DNA from: Selaginella moellendorffii
Lineage: Eukaryota; Plantae; Lycopodiophyta
DNA: 64,000 bases
Direction: 5' to 3'
Assembly: GCF_000143415.4 (NCBI RefSeq)
Contig: NW_003314316.1
Location: forward strand, 1,200,666 to 1,264,665
The notes beneath the pieces are model-generated. The model was not told the DNA's origin, did no database searches, and saw nothing but the letters and a program-made list of their open reading frames with translations. The translations under genes and the position numbers were made by a program. Positions 23,609 to 33,876 of the stretch are shown here, one piece after another (within the stretch, counting starts at the first letter, position 1; every line of letters starts with the position of its first letter).

Positions 23609-24571
23609 ATGAAGCAGCAAAGCATTATAAATTTCGTTTATTTGAGTATATGTTTTCTTAGTTCATCTCACTCTATAGTATATTTTTATACCCCCTTCTA
23701 TGGGGATTACCATGTTCTTCTGTTGGATCAAGCAACAAGAGTTGGTTACTACCTTTCAGAACTTATGATGGCTGGAATACCTTTGGGAACAAATAGCAAC
23801 ACATATGAAGGGTCTACCTTTACTGGAGAATTCAACTATAATGGGATATTGTTTCAGATGGGGTTCTACTTTTTCAGTGTCTTCCCTCCACAATGCCCAA
23901 TTGTTATTGGATCTAATAGATATGTTTCCAACTTGAGAATCCACTCAACACTTGGAGATACTATGGATGAAATTAATGACGAGATTATTAATGCTCGTTC
24001 TGCCTATGGATTAGTTGTAATTGTCACTAAGATTGGGGTGTTTGGAGTCTCCTACATGATCCGGGGCTACACACGTTTAGTCACTGGCTCTAATGCAAAT
24101 CCAAGTTGGATTAATCTTCAATCACTCAATTTAACTCAAGGAAACCCACCTCCTAAGTTTTGCAACCCTTTCTCAACCATACTAATTAGTGGTACAAAAA
24201 GCACCCCCTTTTCAAGGCTTGGTCCTGGGCAGCAAATTCATCTAGGAGGGCATCCACAAATTGGAGTAATTGTATTGTTTATGGATTACACTTGCAATCT
24301 GATCATCTATATATATACTACTAGCAAGTCACTTTGGAGCTCTAAAACTCATGGGTTTGGGTTTGATTGCTGGGCACTTATGCAAGAAGATGGAAACTTG
24401 GTAGTTTATGGATCACTTGGAAAGTCATTTTGGTCAAGCTTTACCTTTTGTGTGCCTTCTCCTGTATGCATTGCTTTATCATTTGTTAGTCTTGGACCCA
24501 AATGCAAGGTTGGTGTGTATAGGTATGGTGCTCCAGCAGTTGAAGTTTGGTCACCAGGTGAATTCTGCTAG
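23609..24571 (+). CDS. Secreted protein (320 aa): unknown N-terminal domain + C-terminal bulb-type (GNA-like) mannose-binding lectin domain
   Basis: Uninterrupted ORF in AT-rich DNA; signal-peptide-like N-terminus; LMQEDGNLVVY (QxDxNxVxY) and degenerate MDYTCNLIIY sites with LWSS/FWSS motifs. Confidence 0.72.
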   Translation: MKQQSIINFVYLSICFLSSSHSIVYFYTPFYGDYHVLLLDQATRVGYYLSELMMAGIPLGTNSNTYEGSTFTGEFNYNGILFQMGFYFFSVFPPQCPIVIGSNRYVSNLRIHSTLGDTMDEINDEIINARSAYGLVVIVTKIGVFGVSYMIRGYTRLVTGSNANPSWINLQSLNLTQGNPPPKFCNPFSTILISGTKSTPFSRLGPGQQIHLGGHPQIGVIVLFMDYTCNLIIYIYTTSKSLWSSKTHGFGFDCWALMQEDGNLVVYGSLGKSFWSSFTFCVPSPVCIALSFVSLGPKCKVGVYRYGAPAVEVWSPGEFC

Positions 24572-24676
24572 TCCTTAAGTTATAAGAATAATGTCCTAAC
24601 TTCCTAAGTTAATGAATGTGCTAATTTGTTATTGGATAATGAATAATAGGTTTGTTGTTATATTAAGCTTAGGCGC

Positions 24677-24981
24677 ATGGAGTACCCACATCTTTATATT
24701 AGGCCACTTCTATAGTGAAATTGTGCTAAATTTCATTTGGCTTTATTTTGCATGCTAACCTTCACATTAGGATTTGAAATACTCTAAGGTTGCTCTAAAG
24801 TATTTCATAACTTTATCCCTTCATTCATTAGTTATAAGTTTTGAAGTTTACCTCCTTTGCTCAATAGTTTAAGGCTTTAAGACTTGAGTATTGCTCCATT
24901 TCCTTAGCACTTATGTCTAATTTCGTGTTTATCCTATGGTAATTTCATTATATGATATAAGGTCAAAATCAAGTGTGCTAT
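24677..24981 (+). mobile_element. Degenerate family A LTR 3' portion
   Basis: ATGGAGTACCCA...TTAGGCCAC...TTTATCCTATGGTAATTTCA...GTGTGCTATA resembles 28250-28641. Confidence 0.6.
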
Positions 24982-25856
24982 AGTGAAGGATCAAATCTTT
25001 CATAGAGGTGTTCTAGGTTGTTAGTAAAAGATATATTTTCAAGTGTATACTAAAAAAAAGGGATTCTTAGTTTAAAAAACCCTATATTAAAAAATTGAAA
25101 CAAATATAGATTGCTAGTTGTGAGTGTCAAAAATATGCATATTCAATTAGTATAAAAACCTTAGATTATATATAGGAGCAAGTGGTTTGGATTAAAACCA
25201 ATCTAACAATTATCAAAATTTGTAGCGCATCTAAATTTGGAGTCAAACTCCAAGATTGTTACACTATAAAATGAGGGTTCAATATGCATTCAAAATACCC
25301 TGCCAGTAATAGCTCTTTGTATTTAGCTCATACTCATAAAACAGTGTTAAATAGAATTTAGCACAATTTCAGTATACCACTATAGAGCTTGGGGTTAGAC
25401 TTAAGTAAGACATAGAAGAAGAAGTGTCACAATCCAATAAGAGTCAAATTAATATCTTTGGTGGTTGGCCATGGTTTCAATCACTATCTTTATTATACAT
25501 TTAGAACCCTCTATAGGCCTATATAGAGGCTAACTTATCACCATCCTTAGAAATCATCTTAGAGAACACAATGCCTAAACCCAAATTTGCTATCTTTTGC
25601 AATGATAAGGTTTCTTGTCTTCAAGGTAAGAAGGAGTAGATAATGGTAGCTACAGGTTGTGAAGAGTCTTAGGTAGCCACACCATAGAAAGTAGAGCATT
25701 TAAGCGGTTATAATACACAAGTTTATCTTGCACTGATAGTTGCTCATACAATGGATTTCGGTTTGGACATTATAGTCTCTAAGATGATTGTTGAGGATGG
25801 TGATGATGAGGATATGGTTCAAGTAGTGGAGCTCCATCTATCTAAGTTTTTTCATA

Positions 25857-26407
25857 NNNNNNNNNNNNNNNNNNNNNNNNNNNNNNNNNNNNNNNNNNNN
25901 NNNNNNNNNNNNNNNNNNNNNNNNNNNNNNNNNNNNNNNNNNNNNNNNNNNNNNNNNNNNNNNNNNNNNNNNNNNNNNNNNNNNNNNNNNNNNNNNNNNN
26001 NNNNNNNNNNNNNNNNNNNNNNNNNNNNNNNNNNNNNNNNNNNNNNNNNNNNNNNNNNNNNNNNNNNNNNNNNNNNNNNNNNNNNNNNNNNNNNNNNNNN
26101 NNNNNNNNNNNNNNNNNNNNNNNNNNNNNNNNNNNNNNNNNNNNNNNNNNNNNNNNNNNNNNNNNNNNNNNNNNNNNNNNNNNNNNNNNNNNNNNNNNNN
26201 NNNNNNNNNNNNNNNNNNNNNNNNNNNNNNNNNNNNNNNNNNNNNNNNNNNNNNNNNNNNNNNNNNNNNNNNNNNNNNNNNNNNNNNNNNNNNNNNNNNN
26301 NNNNNNNNNNNNNNNNNNNNNNNNNNNNNNNNNNNNNNNNNNNNNNNNNNNNNNNNNNNNNNNNNNNNNNNNNNNNNNNNNNNNNNNNNNNNNNNNNNNN
26401 NNNNNNN
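25857..26407. other. Assembly gap (551 N)
   Basis: Run of N. Confidence 1.
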
Positions 26408-26616
26408 TAGACACGTTATCATATTGATTATGAGCGGCCTTCATGCCAATTTGTCAAATTGCAGTATAATGGTGGATTGTGAGTAGGCTTTAGAGTTTTC
26501 AGATTGCTTGATAGTCTTTCAAGAGCAAAGGGTGGAGGAGAATGTCTTTTTTGCTGAGGTACAAGTGGTAGAGTTGATTTTTTTTAAACAAAGTTTGATA
26601 ACCATATATCCCATAT

Positions 26617-27509
26617 TGTTGTGTATGTGGTTTTCACCCTTTATCCTATAGTGATTTACCATAGGACAACCACAAAGTAAAATCTAAACCCTTTATATGC
26701 CACATGTTATGCTATATACCACATGCCACATGTCTAAAGAACAGTGAAATGGAATCTAAGTTTCAAGGCTTTGGGCCACTGAATAAAGGAATGAAGCTAA
26801 ACTCCTAAGCATGGAGCTAAGGAGCGAAGGTACTAGAGTATGGAGTAACTCCTAAGCATACAGCCCAAGGAGTGGAGGGACAGGAGTATGGAGTGACATG
26901 GAATAGTCTTAGAGTATCTAGTATCTCAATACCATGATCAACACACAAAACAAAGCTAAATGGAGTTGGGTGTTATTTCAACATAATGGTGGCTTCACTT
27001 GAGGATATGGGTACTCCAAAACTTAGGCTTAGACCTAAGTCAAATGCAAAACAAGGACAAGCACACAAATTGAAACTAGATTATGCCTCAAGTTGGTCAG
27101 CCATGCCCGAACTACCCCCTATCCCTACTATACATTTCAAACCCCCTATAGCCCCCTTTTGCCTTGAGGAACACACAATTTGGGCTTTCACCCTTCCTTA
27201 CGAGTTAGTCTTTAGGACTAACTTGAAATTTACTAAATATGGAATAGCACTAAGATTGCAAATTAACACCATTGTGTTAAAAATAATTTTTACATTCATA
27301 GATATACCAAATTAGCAAATTTAGACAATTTCCGTAAATAGCAATTTGAACCAAATGTTACTAACACCCAAGTATGCTTAGCAAGAAATATATAGGACTT
27401 CCTACTTTATGTTCATCTGGCTAAGTACAAGTGCTAAGCCTAGTTTACTAACACTTAAACAAAAATGTCTAATAAAGGGTCCAACAATGCCAACCTCTTG
27501 CTGTCATAA
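26617..27509 (-). mobile_element. Family A LTR (inverted), truncated by the next A element
   Basis: Reverse complement of LTR-A from its CA end to ~70 bp before its TG end. Confidence 0.8.
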
Positions 27510-29158
27510 TGTTGCGAATGTGGCTTCGGGTATCGAAAGTTACCTGTCGGCCAGTTCTTACAGATACTTTTTCCTTACTGCCACGATGGCAAGAGGTTGG
27601 TATTGCTAGACTCGTTATCAGTCTCCACCTAAGCTAGTTGAGAAACTAGTCTTCGCGTGTGCACTTGACCAGATGAGCATAAGGAAGGAATTCCTAAGTG
27701 TTTATTTAGTCAAGCATACTTGACCTGGTTAGAGAAACTCATTCGTTGACTTGCACTTGCTAGTGTTGGGAACCCCTGCGATATTGAGACTAGTCCCTTA
27801 ATATTCGTTAAATGATAACTTACCGTGTCTGCCAAACACCCTCACTATCATGCCCTTTGTGTTAGTCTCATTTCGGTCCCAAATGCTATTTATGGAAAGT
27901 GTTTAGATTTGCTTATTTGGCATATCTACGGTATGTAGAGATCGGCCTGAAAACAATGGTGTTCGTCCTGTGTCCAAATTCGCAATCTAGTGCTATTCCA
28001 TATTTAGTAAGTTTCGAGCTTGTCCTAGAGACTAACTCCTGATATTAAGGGAGGCTTGGGGTGAAAGCCCAAAGCATGTGTTCCTCACAGGGGGGGGGGC
28101 TATGGGGGGTTCCAAATGTATAGTAGGGATAGTGGGTAGGTCGGGCATGGCCGACCAACCTGAGGCATAGTTTAGCTTTTGCTTGCCTGCCTGTCCTTGT
28201 TCTACGTTTGACTTGGGTCTAAGCCCAAGTTCCATTCTATGCTAGCTGGTGGAGTACCCATGTCCTTGCGTTAGGCCACTAGTATGCCGAAATAGCACCA
28301 GACTTTGTTTGGCTCCGTTTTGCGTGCTGGTCCTGGCAATGGGATGCTGGTTGCTCTAGGACTGTTCCAAGTCGCTCCGGGCTCCTGTCCCTTCGCTCCT
28401 TGGGCTATATGCTCAGGAGTTGCTCCGTGGTCCGATTTCGTCATTCCTTGGCTCCATACTTGGGAGTTTGGCACCGTTCCTTCGTTTAGTGGCCCAAGGC
28501 CCTGAACCTCGAGTTCCGCACCACTGTCCCATGGACACGTGGCATGTGACATGTGGCATAAAGAGGGTTTAGGTTCCACTTTGTGGTGTAATCCTATGGT
28601 AATTCACCATAGGATAAAGGGTCAAAAACCACGTGCGCTACATTTGGTATCAGAGGATACGTCTCAGCGAGTGCTTGTCAGGAATCCCCCAATTCTTGCC
28701 ACATTTCTGACTCTCGCCGGATTCCTGACCTGCAGACCACATTCCTGACTCTCGAGACACTTCCCTATTCCTGACTCTCGAGACACTTCCCTATTCCTGA
28801 CTCTTGAGACACTTCCCGATTCCTGAGTCTCGAGCCACATTCCTGATGATGATGTGGCGCCTCCTCGACCTCAGCTGTATTTAGGCCGTCCTCGATCCAA
28901 GAGTGGTGGAGCTTCATCAACCTATAGTATATATAGGTTAGCCTTGTTCCATTTCTCCACAATCTGAATCAACACCAGTCTAAGGCTTCTTCTTTGTTTC
29001 CACTAGCTTTTCTCTTTGTCTTTAGCATTTTCTAGTCTTGATCTTGTTGGGGGTCTTGACAGTTTGATTCAGATTGTGCTTTTTGCTTTTCTTTTAGCTC
29101 GTTTTGATTATTTGATTGCTTTTGTCTTTTTCCCCCTTTCTTTTCTTTCTTCTTGCCA

Positions 29159-30130
29159 ATGGAGTCTCCAAGCCATCCTGATTTCTTTGCCGAAGTCCTT
29201 GCAAAAATCCAGTCTGAGAATACCGAGTTGAAGGCGACCCTTCTTCGCATGCAACAGGAGCTTGCTTCACTTTCGGCTCAAGGATCCAGCAAAGTTCCTG
29301 AACCGAAGGTGAGTTTCCCGGCGAAATTTTCAGGCAAGCGTTCGGAGCTTCGTGGATTTTTGAACCAAATGGAGCTGATCTTTGCACTTCAACATCGGCG
29401 GTACCCCACTCCCGAGTCTCAAATCGGCGCGATTGGGACGTTGCTCGAGGGTGCAGCTTTGTCATGGTTTTCTCCTCTTCTGGAGAAGAGCATGAAAGGG
29501 GTCGTGGTTCCGGAGCTGATGGATCTTCAATTGTTCAAAGAGAAGCTCGAAGCATGTTTTGGCGAGACGGATCGGGTTCGGGCTGCTACCACAAAGATGA
29601 GACGTCTCTCTCAGGGGTCTCGTCCTACCTCGATCTACGCTGCAGAGTTCCAACTCCTTGCCTTGGACACTCAGTGGGATGAGCAGGCCCTGATTGACCA
29701 ATTTTGTTTCGGCCTCAACAACGGTGTCAAGGATTTGTTGCTCACCATGGAGGATCCCAAGGACCTGTCGGACGCCATCAACAAAGCTGTTCGATGTGAC
29801 AATCGTCTCTTTGAACGTCGTCAGGAAAGTCGCCGCGCCGCTGTTTTTCCGTCCCAGACTCAGGAATCCCAGCTTGAGTCTTCGGGGCATAGTCCTGAAC
29901 CTACTGCTCCGGTCCCGATGGATATTTCTGGTACTCCCCGACTCATTAGAGGGAAGTTGAGTCCTGCTGAGAGGCAACGTCGAATATCTCATAATCTTTG
30001 CCTCTACTGTGCTGATCCTAATCACAAAGCAGCTGTGTGTCCCAGGAAGCCTCCCCGATTGCTCGAGTTCACTCTGCCTCAAAGTCCACCTCTGTTGCAG
30101 TCGGGAAACGACCCTGTCCAAACAGAGTAG
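29159..30130 (+). CDS. gag: B2 gag
   Basis: ATG 29159; capsid-like motifs and CLYCADPNHKAAVC knuckle; TAG 30128-30130. Confidence 0.92.
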   Translation: MESPSHPDFFAEVLAKIQSENTELKATLLRMQQELASLSAQGSSKVPEPKVSFPAKFSGKRSELRGFLNQMELIFALQHRRYPTPESQIGAIGTLLEGAALSWFSPLLEKSMKGVVVPELMDLQLFKEKLEACFGETDRVRAATTKMRRLSQGSRPTSIYAAEFQLLALDTQWDEQALIDQFCFGLNNGVKDLLLTMEDPKDLSDAINKAVRCDNRLFERRQESRRAAVFPSQTQESQLESSGHSPEPTAPVPMDISGTPRLIRGKLSPAERQRRISHNLCLYCADPNHKAAVCPRKPPRLLEFTLPQSPPLLQSGNDPVQTE

Positions 30131-33100
30131 GAGTTGTCTGTTTGGACTCCCCAAATAAAAATCACTTTTCTTCCTTATCAAGCTCCTCACCACCTTTCAT
30201 CAAAGCCACCACCAATTCCCGCAACTTCCGCGTCCCATGTCTCCTTTCTTTCACCGGACAATCAGGACTCAAGGCTTTGGCGCTACTGGACTCGGGTGCA
30301 ACTTCCTGCTTCATGGACACGGACTTTGCTGCCCGACATCACGTTCCTCTTTCTCCTACCATACGGGATCTGAGGGTTGAAGGCATCGGCGGGCATTTTG
30401 TGTCTCCATCTTCTGGACTTAGGGAAACGTTGCCCGTTCGAGTACACATCGGGTCCACCGTCACCGATATCCCCTTCAACATCATCAACAGCAAGTCCTC
30501 CTCTGTGGTGCTCGGTCTTCCTTGGTTCCAACTACATCAGCCTCAGATTTGTTGGAAGGACTTACAGCTCATCTCTCCCACATCACCATCTCCCACGGCT
30601 TCCCCTGGTGTTCATCGAGTCCGAATCAGGAAAAGTTCCCTAAACTCAAGTCGGGGTTCTGTTCCTGACTCTACGAAGTTTTCATCCTCTTCTTTTTCCT
30701 CTCTTCCATCTTACATTGGACAGTATCCTCGTCTTATCATTCCATTTAGTCGTACACCTCCTCCTATCTCCACAATCACTATGAAAGAACTCCTTCATGA
30801 AGAACCTATTTTCCTTTTTGCTTTGCATGTTTTTCCTGTCAGTCTTCCTGAGAAGTATCATGATTTTGGGGATGTGTTTGACAAGAAAAAAGCTAGTGTA
30901 CTGCCTGCTCATCGGCCTTATGACTATCCCATTGATTTACAGGAAGGAGCGTCGCCTCCGTGGGGGCCTATCTACGGGTTATCCCCGTCCGAGCTTAAGG
31001 CCCTCAAAGAGTACGTGGATGAGAACCTTGCCTCGGGGTTCATTCAACATTCGCAGTCCCCGGCTAGCGCACCTGTCTTCTTTGTCAAGAAGAAGGATGG
31101 GAGTTTGCGGCTAGTCATCGATTACCGAGGTTTGAACAAGGTGACTGTTCGGAACCGTTATCCGTTGCCCCTGATCTCGGACCTGTTGGAACGCCTCGGC
31201 GGTGCCCGCTTCTTCACCAAGATTGACCTCCGTGGCGCATACAACCTGATCCGGATCCGGCCTGGTGATGAATGGAAGACTGCATTCCGAACCCACTATG
31301 GCCACTTCGAGTACACTGTCATGCCATTTGGCTTGACAAATGCTCCCGCAGTTTTCCAACACATGGCGAACGACGTCTTTCGGGAGTTTCTTGATCAGAT
31401 GGTGATCGTCTACCTCGATGACATCCTCATCTACTCAAGAACTCAGGAGGAGCACGACGAACATGTACGTAAGGTGCTGGCGAAGCTGCGAGAACACGGC
31501 CTATATGCGAAGCTTGAGAAATGTTCCTTCGATCAGCAGTCTGTGGAGTTCCTTGGGTATATTGTCACTCCTGAAGGTATCACGATGGATCCTGCCAAAG
31601 TCAAGACTATTCTCGAGTGGGAGCCTCCACAATCAATGTCGGACGTTCAGGTTTTCCTTGGCTTCGCCAACTTCTACCGCAAATTCATTGATCACTACTC
31701 TGACATTGTCCTTCCTCTCACACATCTCACTCGCAAGGATGTTCCCTTCTCTTGGTCTACTGCTGCCCAGCACACCTTCGACACACTCAAGGCAGCCTTC
31801 AGTTCTGCTCCCGTGTTGATCCATGCTGATTCCTCACAACCTTTCTTCATCGAGGTTGACGCCTCCGACTTTGCCATCGGTGCTGTGCTGTCTCAACTCG
31901 GAGCGGATCAAGAACTTCATCCGGTCGCTTTCCATTCTCGAAAATTCCAGCCTGCGGAGATCAATTACGAAATCCACGACAAGGAGCTCCTTGCCATCGT
32001 GGATTCCTTTGGAGAGTGGCGCCGTTTCTTGGAGGGGGCGGGCCATCAAACAATAGTCTGGACGGATCACAAAAATCTCGAGTACTTTGCCACTTCCCGA
32101 GTTTTGAGCCGTTGTCAAGCAAGGTGGGCACAATTCCTGAGTCGGTTTGACTTTGTTATCAAGTACAGACCTGGAAAGCTTCAAGGCCTTCCTGATGCTC
32201 TTTCAAGGCGCTCCTATCTCAGTCTCAAGTCTGGTAATCCTGCCTTCGATCAACAAGATCAAGTTATCCTCGGTCCTGATTGGCTTCAAGTTATGGCAAT
32301 TTCCCTGGCCCCTCAGGACTCCTCCTTGATGGATGCAATCAGAAACGATCTCCAATCTGATGACCTCGCCAGCGATATTTTCACCCATCTTCAGGCTGGA
32401 CACCCAGTGACTCCCGACTGCCGGCGATTTGACGAGTTCGAGTTCTTAGATGGCTTATTATACCGTGGGGAGCAGCTTTACGTTCCTGAAGGTGATGCTC
32501 GAAGGTTGGTCCTGATGGCGTGCCACGATAGCCCGACTGCTGGTCATTTCGGCATTGCGAAAACCTATGAGCTAGTTGCACGGGACTTTTGGTGGCTTCA
32601 CATGGATGACTATATCAAAGCTTTTTTTACCTCCTGTGACACTTGTGCTAGGAATAAGGTACCTCGCCACCTTCCTTCAGGTTTGCTTCGTTCCCTCCTG
32701 GTCCCTTCAGGTCCTTGGGAATCCATCTCCATGGATTTCTTGAGTGATCTTCCGAGTTCTGGAGGCTTCAACAGTATTTTAATCGTGGTGGATCGCTTCA
32801 CAAAGATGGTGCACTTCTTGCCGTGTACCAAGGAATTTTCGGGCGAGGACATGGCAAAATTGGTATTCAGGGAAATTTTCCGACTTCATGGGATTCCTAC
32901 AGATGTGGTTTTGGATCGGGGGCCTCAGTTCATCTCTCATTTCTGGCAACGGTTTTTGCAGCTGCTTGGAGTGAAGGCCAACCTCTCTTCGGCATATCAT
33001 CCTCAAACTGATGGGCAGTCCGAGCGAACGATTCAGACGCTGGAACAATTCTTGAGGTGCTTCATCAACTATCATCAGGATAATTGGTTCGATATCCTTC

Positions 33101-33876
33101 CCCTTGCTGAGTTCTCCTATAACAACTCTGTTCACTCCTCTCTTCGAGTTTCCCCCTTCTTTGCGAACTCTTGCCAAAATCCCCGATTCAATCTCTCACT
33201 TCCTTCTCCATCTGAATCCCCTCGTTCAAATCCTCGCTCTGAGGCATTTATCTCCAACCTTCAGGAAATCCACAACTCCATCTCCTTCCACCTCCATCAT
33301 GCTCAGGAATCTCACAAAACATTTGCCAATGTCCATCGTCAGGATTGTCCCCCTTACAATATCGGGGATAAAGTCTGGCTCCTCAGGCGAAATATCTCCA
33401 CCACCAAGCCCTGTCCAAAACTCGATTTCAAACGCCTTGGTCCTTTTCCTATCACTGCCATCATTAATCCCGTCACTTATCGCCTTGCACTTCCCTCCTC
33501 ATATCAAATTCACCCCGTTTTTCACTCCTCTCTCCTTGAGCCTTATATTCCCAGTCCTATTCCAAATCGGGTCATTCCTCCGCCTCCACCAGTGCAGCTC
33601 GAGGATGGGTCTGAGTACGAGGTTCAGGACATCCTTGATTCCAAGATTTCACGGTCTAAACTCTACTATCTGGTCGACTGGAAGGGTTACGGATCTGAGG
33701 AACGCACTTGGGAACCTGCGGATAACCTGATTCATTCTCCTGACCTTGTTCAGGACTTCCACCGCCGCTATCCTTCTCGTCCCAGTCCTCATTCTTTTTC
33801 TCCATCTCCCATCCCTCGCCGCTCATCTCATCCTCCTCTTCGTTCTCGTTCACATCCTCGTTCCACTCGTTCTTGA
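30103..33876 (+). CDS. pol: B2 pol (PR-RT-RNaseH-INT-chromodomain), -1 frame relative to gag
   Basis: LLDSGA, YLDDILIYS, DASDFAIG, HHCC, integrase D,D35E core, EYEVQDILDSK...YLVDWKGY...TWEP; no internal stops (ORF 30037-33876). Confidence 0.93.
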   Translation, partial: GKRPCPNRVGVVCLDSPNKNHFSSLSSSSPPFIKATTNSRNFRVPCLLSFTGQSGLKALALLDSGATSCFMDTDFAARHHVPLSPTIRDLRVEGIGGHFVSPSSGLRETLPVRVHIGSTVTDIPFNIINSKSSSVVLGLPWFQLHQPQICWKDLQLISPTSPSPTASPGVHRVRIRKSSLNSSRGSVPDSTKFSSSSFSSLPSYIGQYPRLIIPFSRTPPPISTITMKELLHEEPIFLFALHVFPVSLPEKYHDFGDVFDKKKASVLPAHRPYDYPIDLQEGASPPWGPIYGLSPSELKALKEYVDENLASGFIQHSQSPASAPVFFVKKKDGSLRLVIDYRGLNKVTVRNRYPLPLISDLLERLGGARFFTKIDLRGAYNLIRIRPGDEWKTAFRTHYGHFEYTVMPFGLTNAPAVFQHMANDVFREFLDQMVIVYLDDILIYSRTQEEHDEHVRKVLAKLREHGLYAKLEKCSFDQQSVEFLGYIVTPEGITMDPAKVKTILEWEPPQSMSDVQVFLGFANFYRKFIDHYSDIVLPLTHLTRKDVPFSWSTAAQHTFDTLKAAFSSAPVLIHADSSQPFFIEVDASDFAIGAVLSQLGADQELHPVAFHSRKFQPAEINYEIHDKELLAIVDSFGEWRRFLEGAGHQTIVWTDHKNLEYFATSRVLSRCQARWAQFLSRFDFVIKYRPGKLQGLPDALSRRSYLSLKSGNPAFDQQDQVILGPDWLQVMAISLAPQDSSLMDAIRNDLQSDDLASDIFTHLQAGHPVTPDCRRFDEFEFLDGLLYRGEQLYVPEGDARRLVLMACHDSPTAGHFGIAKTYELVARDFWWLHMDDYIKAFFTSCDTCARNKVPRHLPSGLLRSLLVPSGPWESISMDFLSDLPSSGGFNSILIVVDRFTKMVHFLPCTKEFSGEDMAKLVFREIFRLHGIPTDVVLDRGPQFISHFWQRFLQLLGVKANLSSAYHPQTDGQSERTIQTLEQFLRCFINYHQDNWFDILPLAEFSYNNSVHSSLRVSPFFANSCQNPRFNLSLPSPSESPRSNPRSEAFISNLQEIHNSISFHLHHAQESHKTFANVHRQDCPPYNIGDKVWLLRRNISTTKPCPKLDFKRLGPFPITAIINPVTYRLALPSSYQIHPVFHSSLLEPYIPSPIPNRVIPPPPPVQLEDGSEYEVQDILDSKISRSKLYYLVDWKGYGSEERTWEPADNLIHSPDLVQDFHRRYPSRPSPHSFSPSPIPRRSSHPPLRSRSHPRSTRS

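Noticed and set aside
25751-26444. Long ORFs spanning the gap
   Set aside because: Artefacts of the N run.
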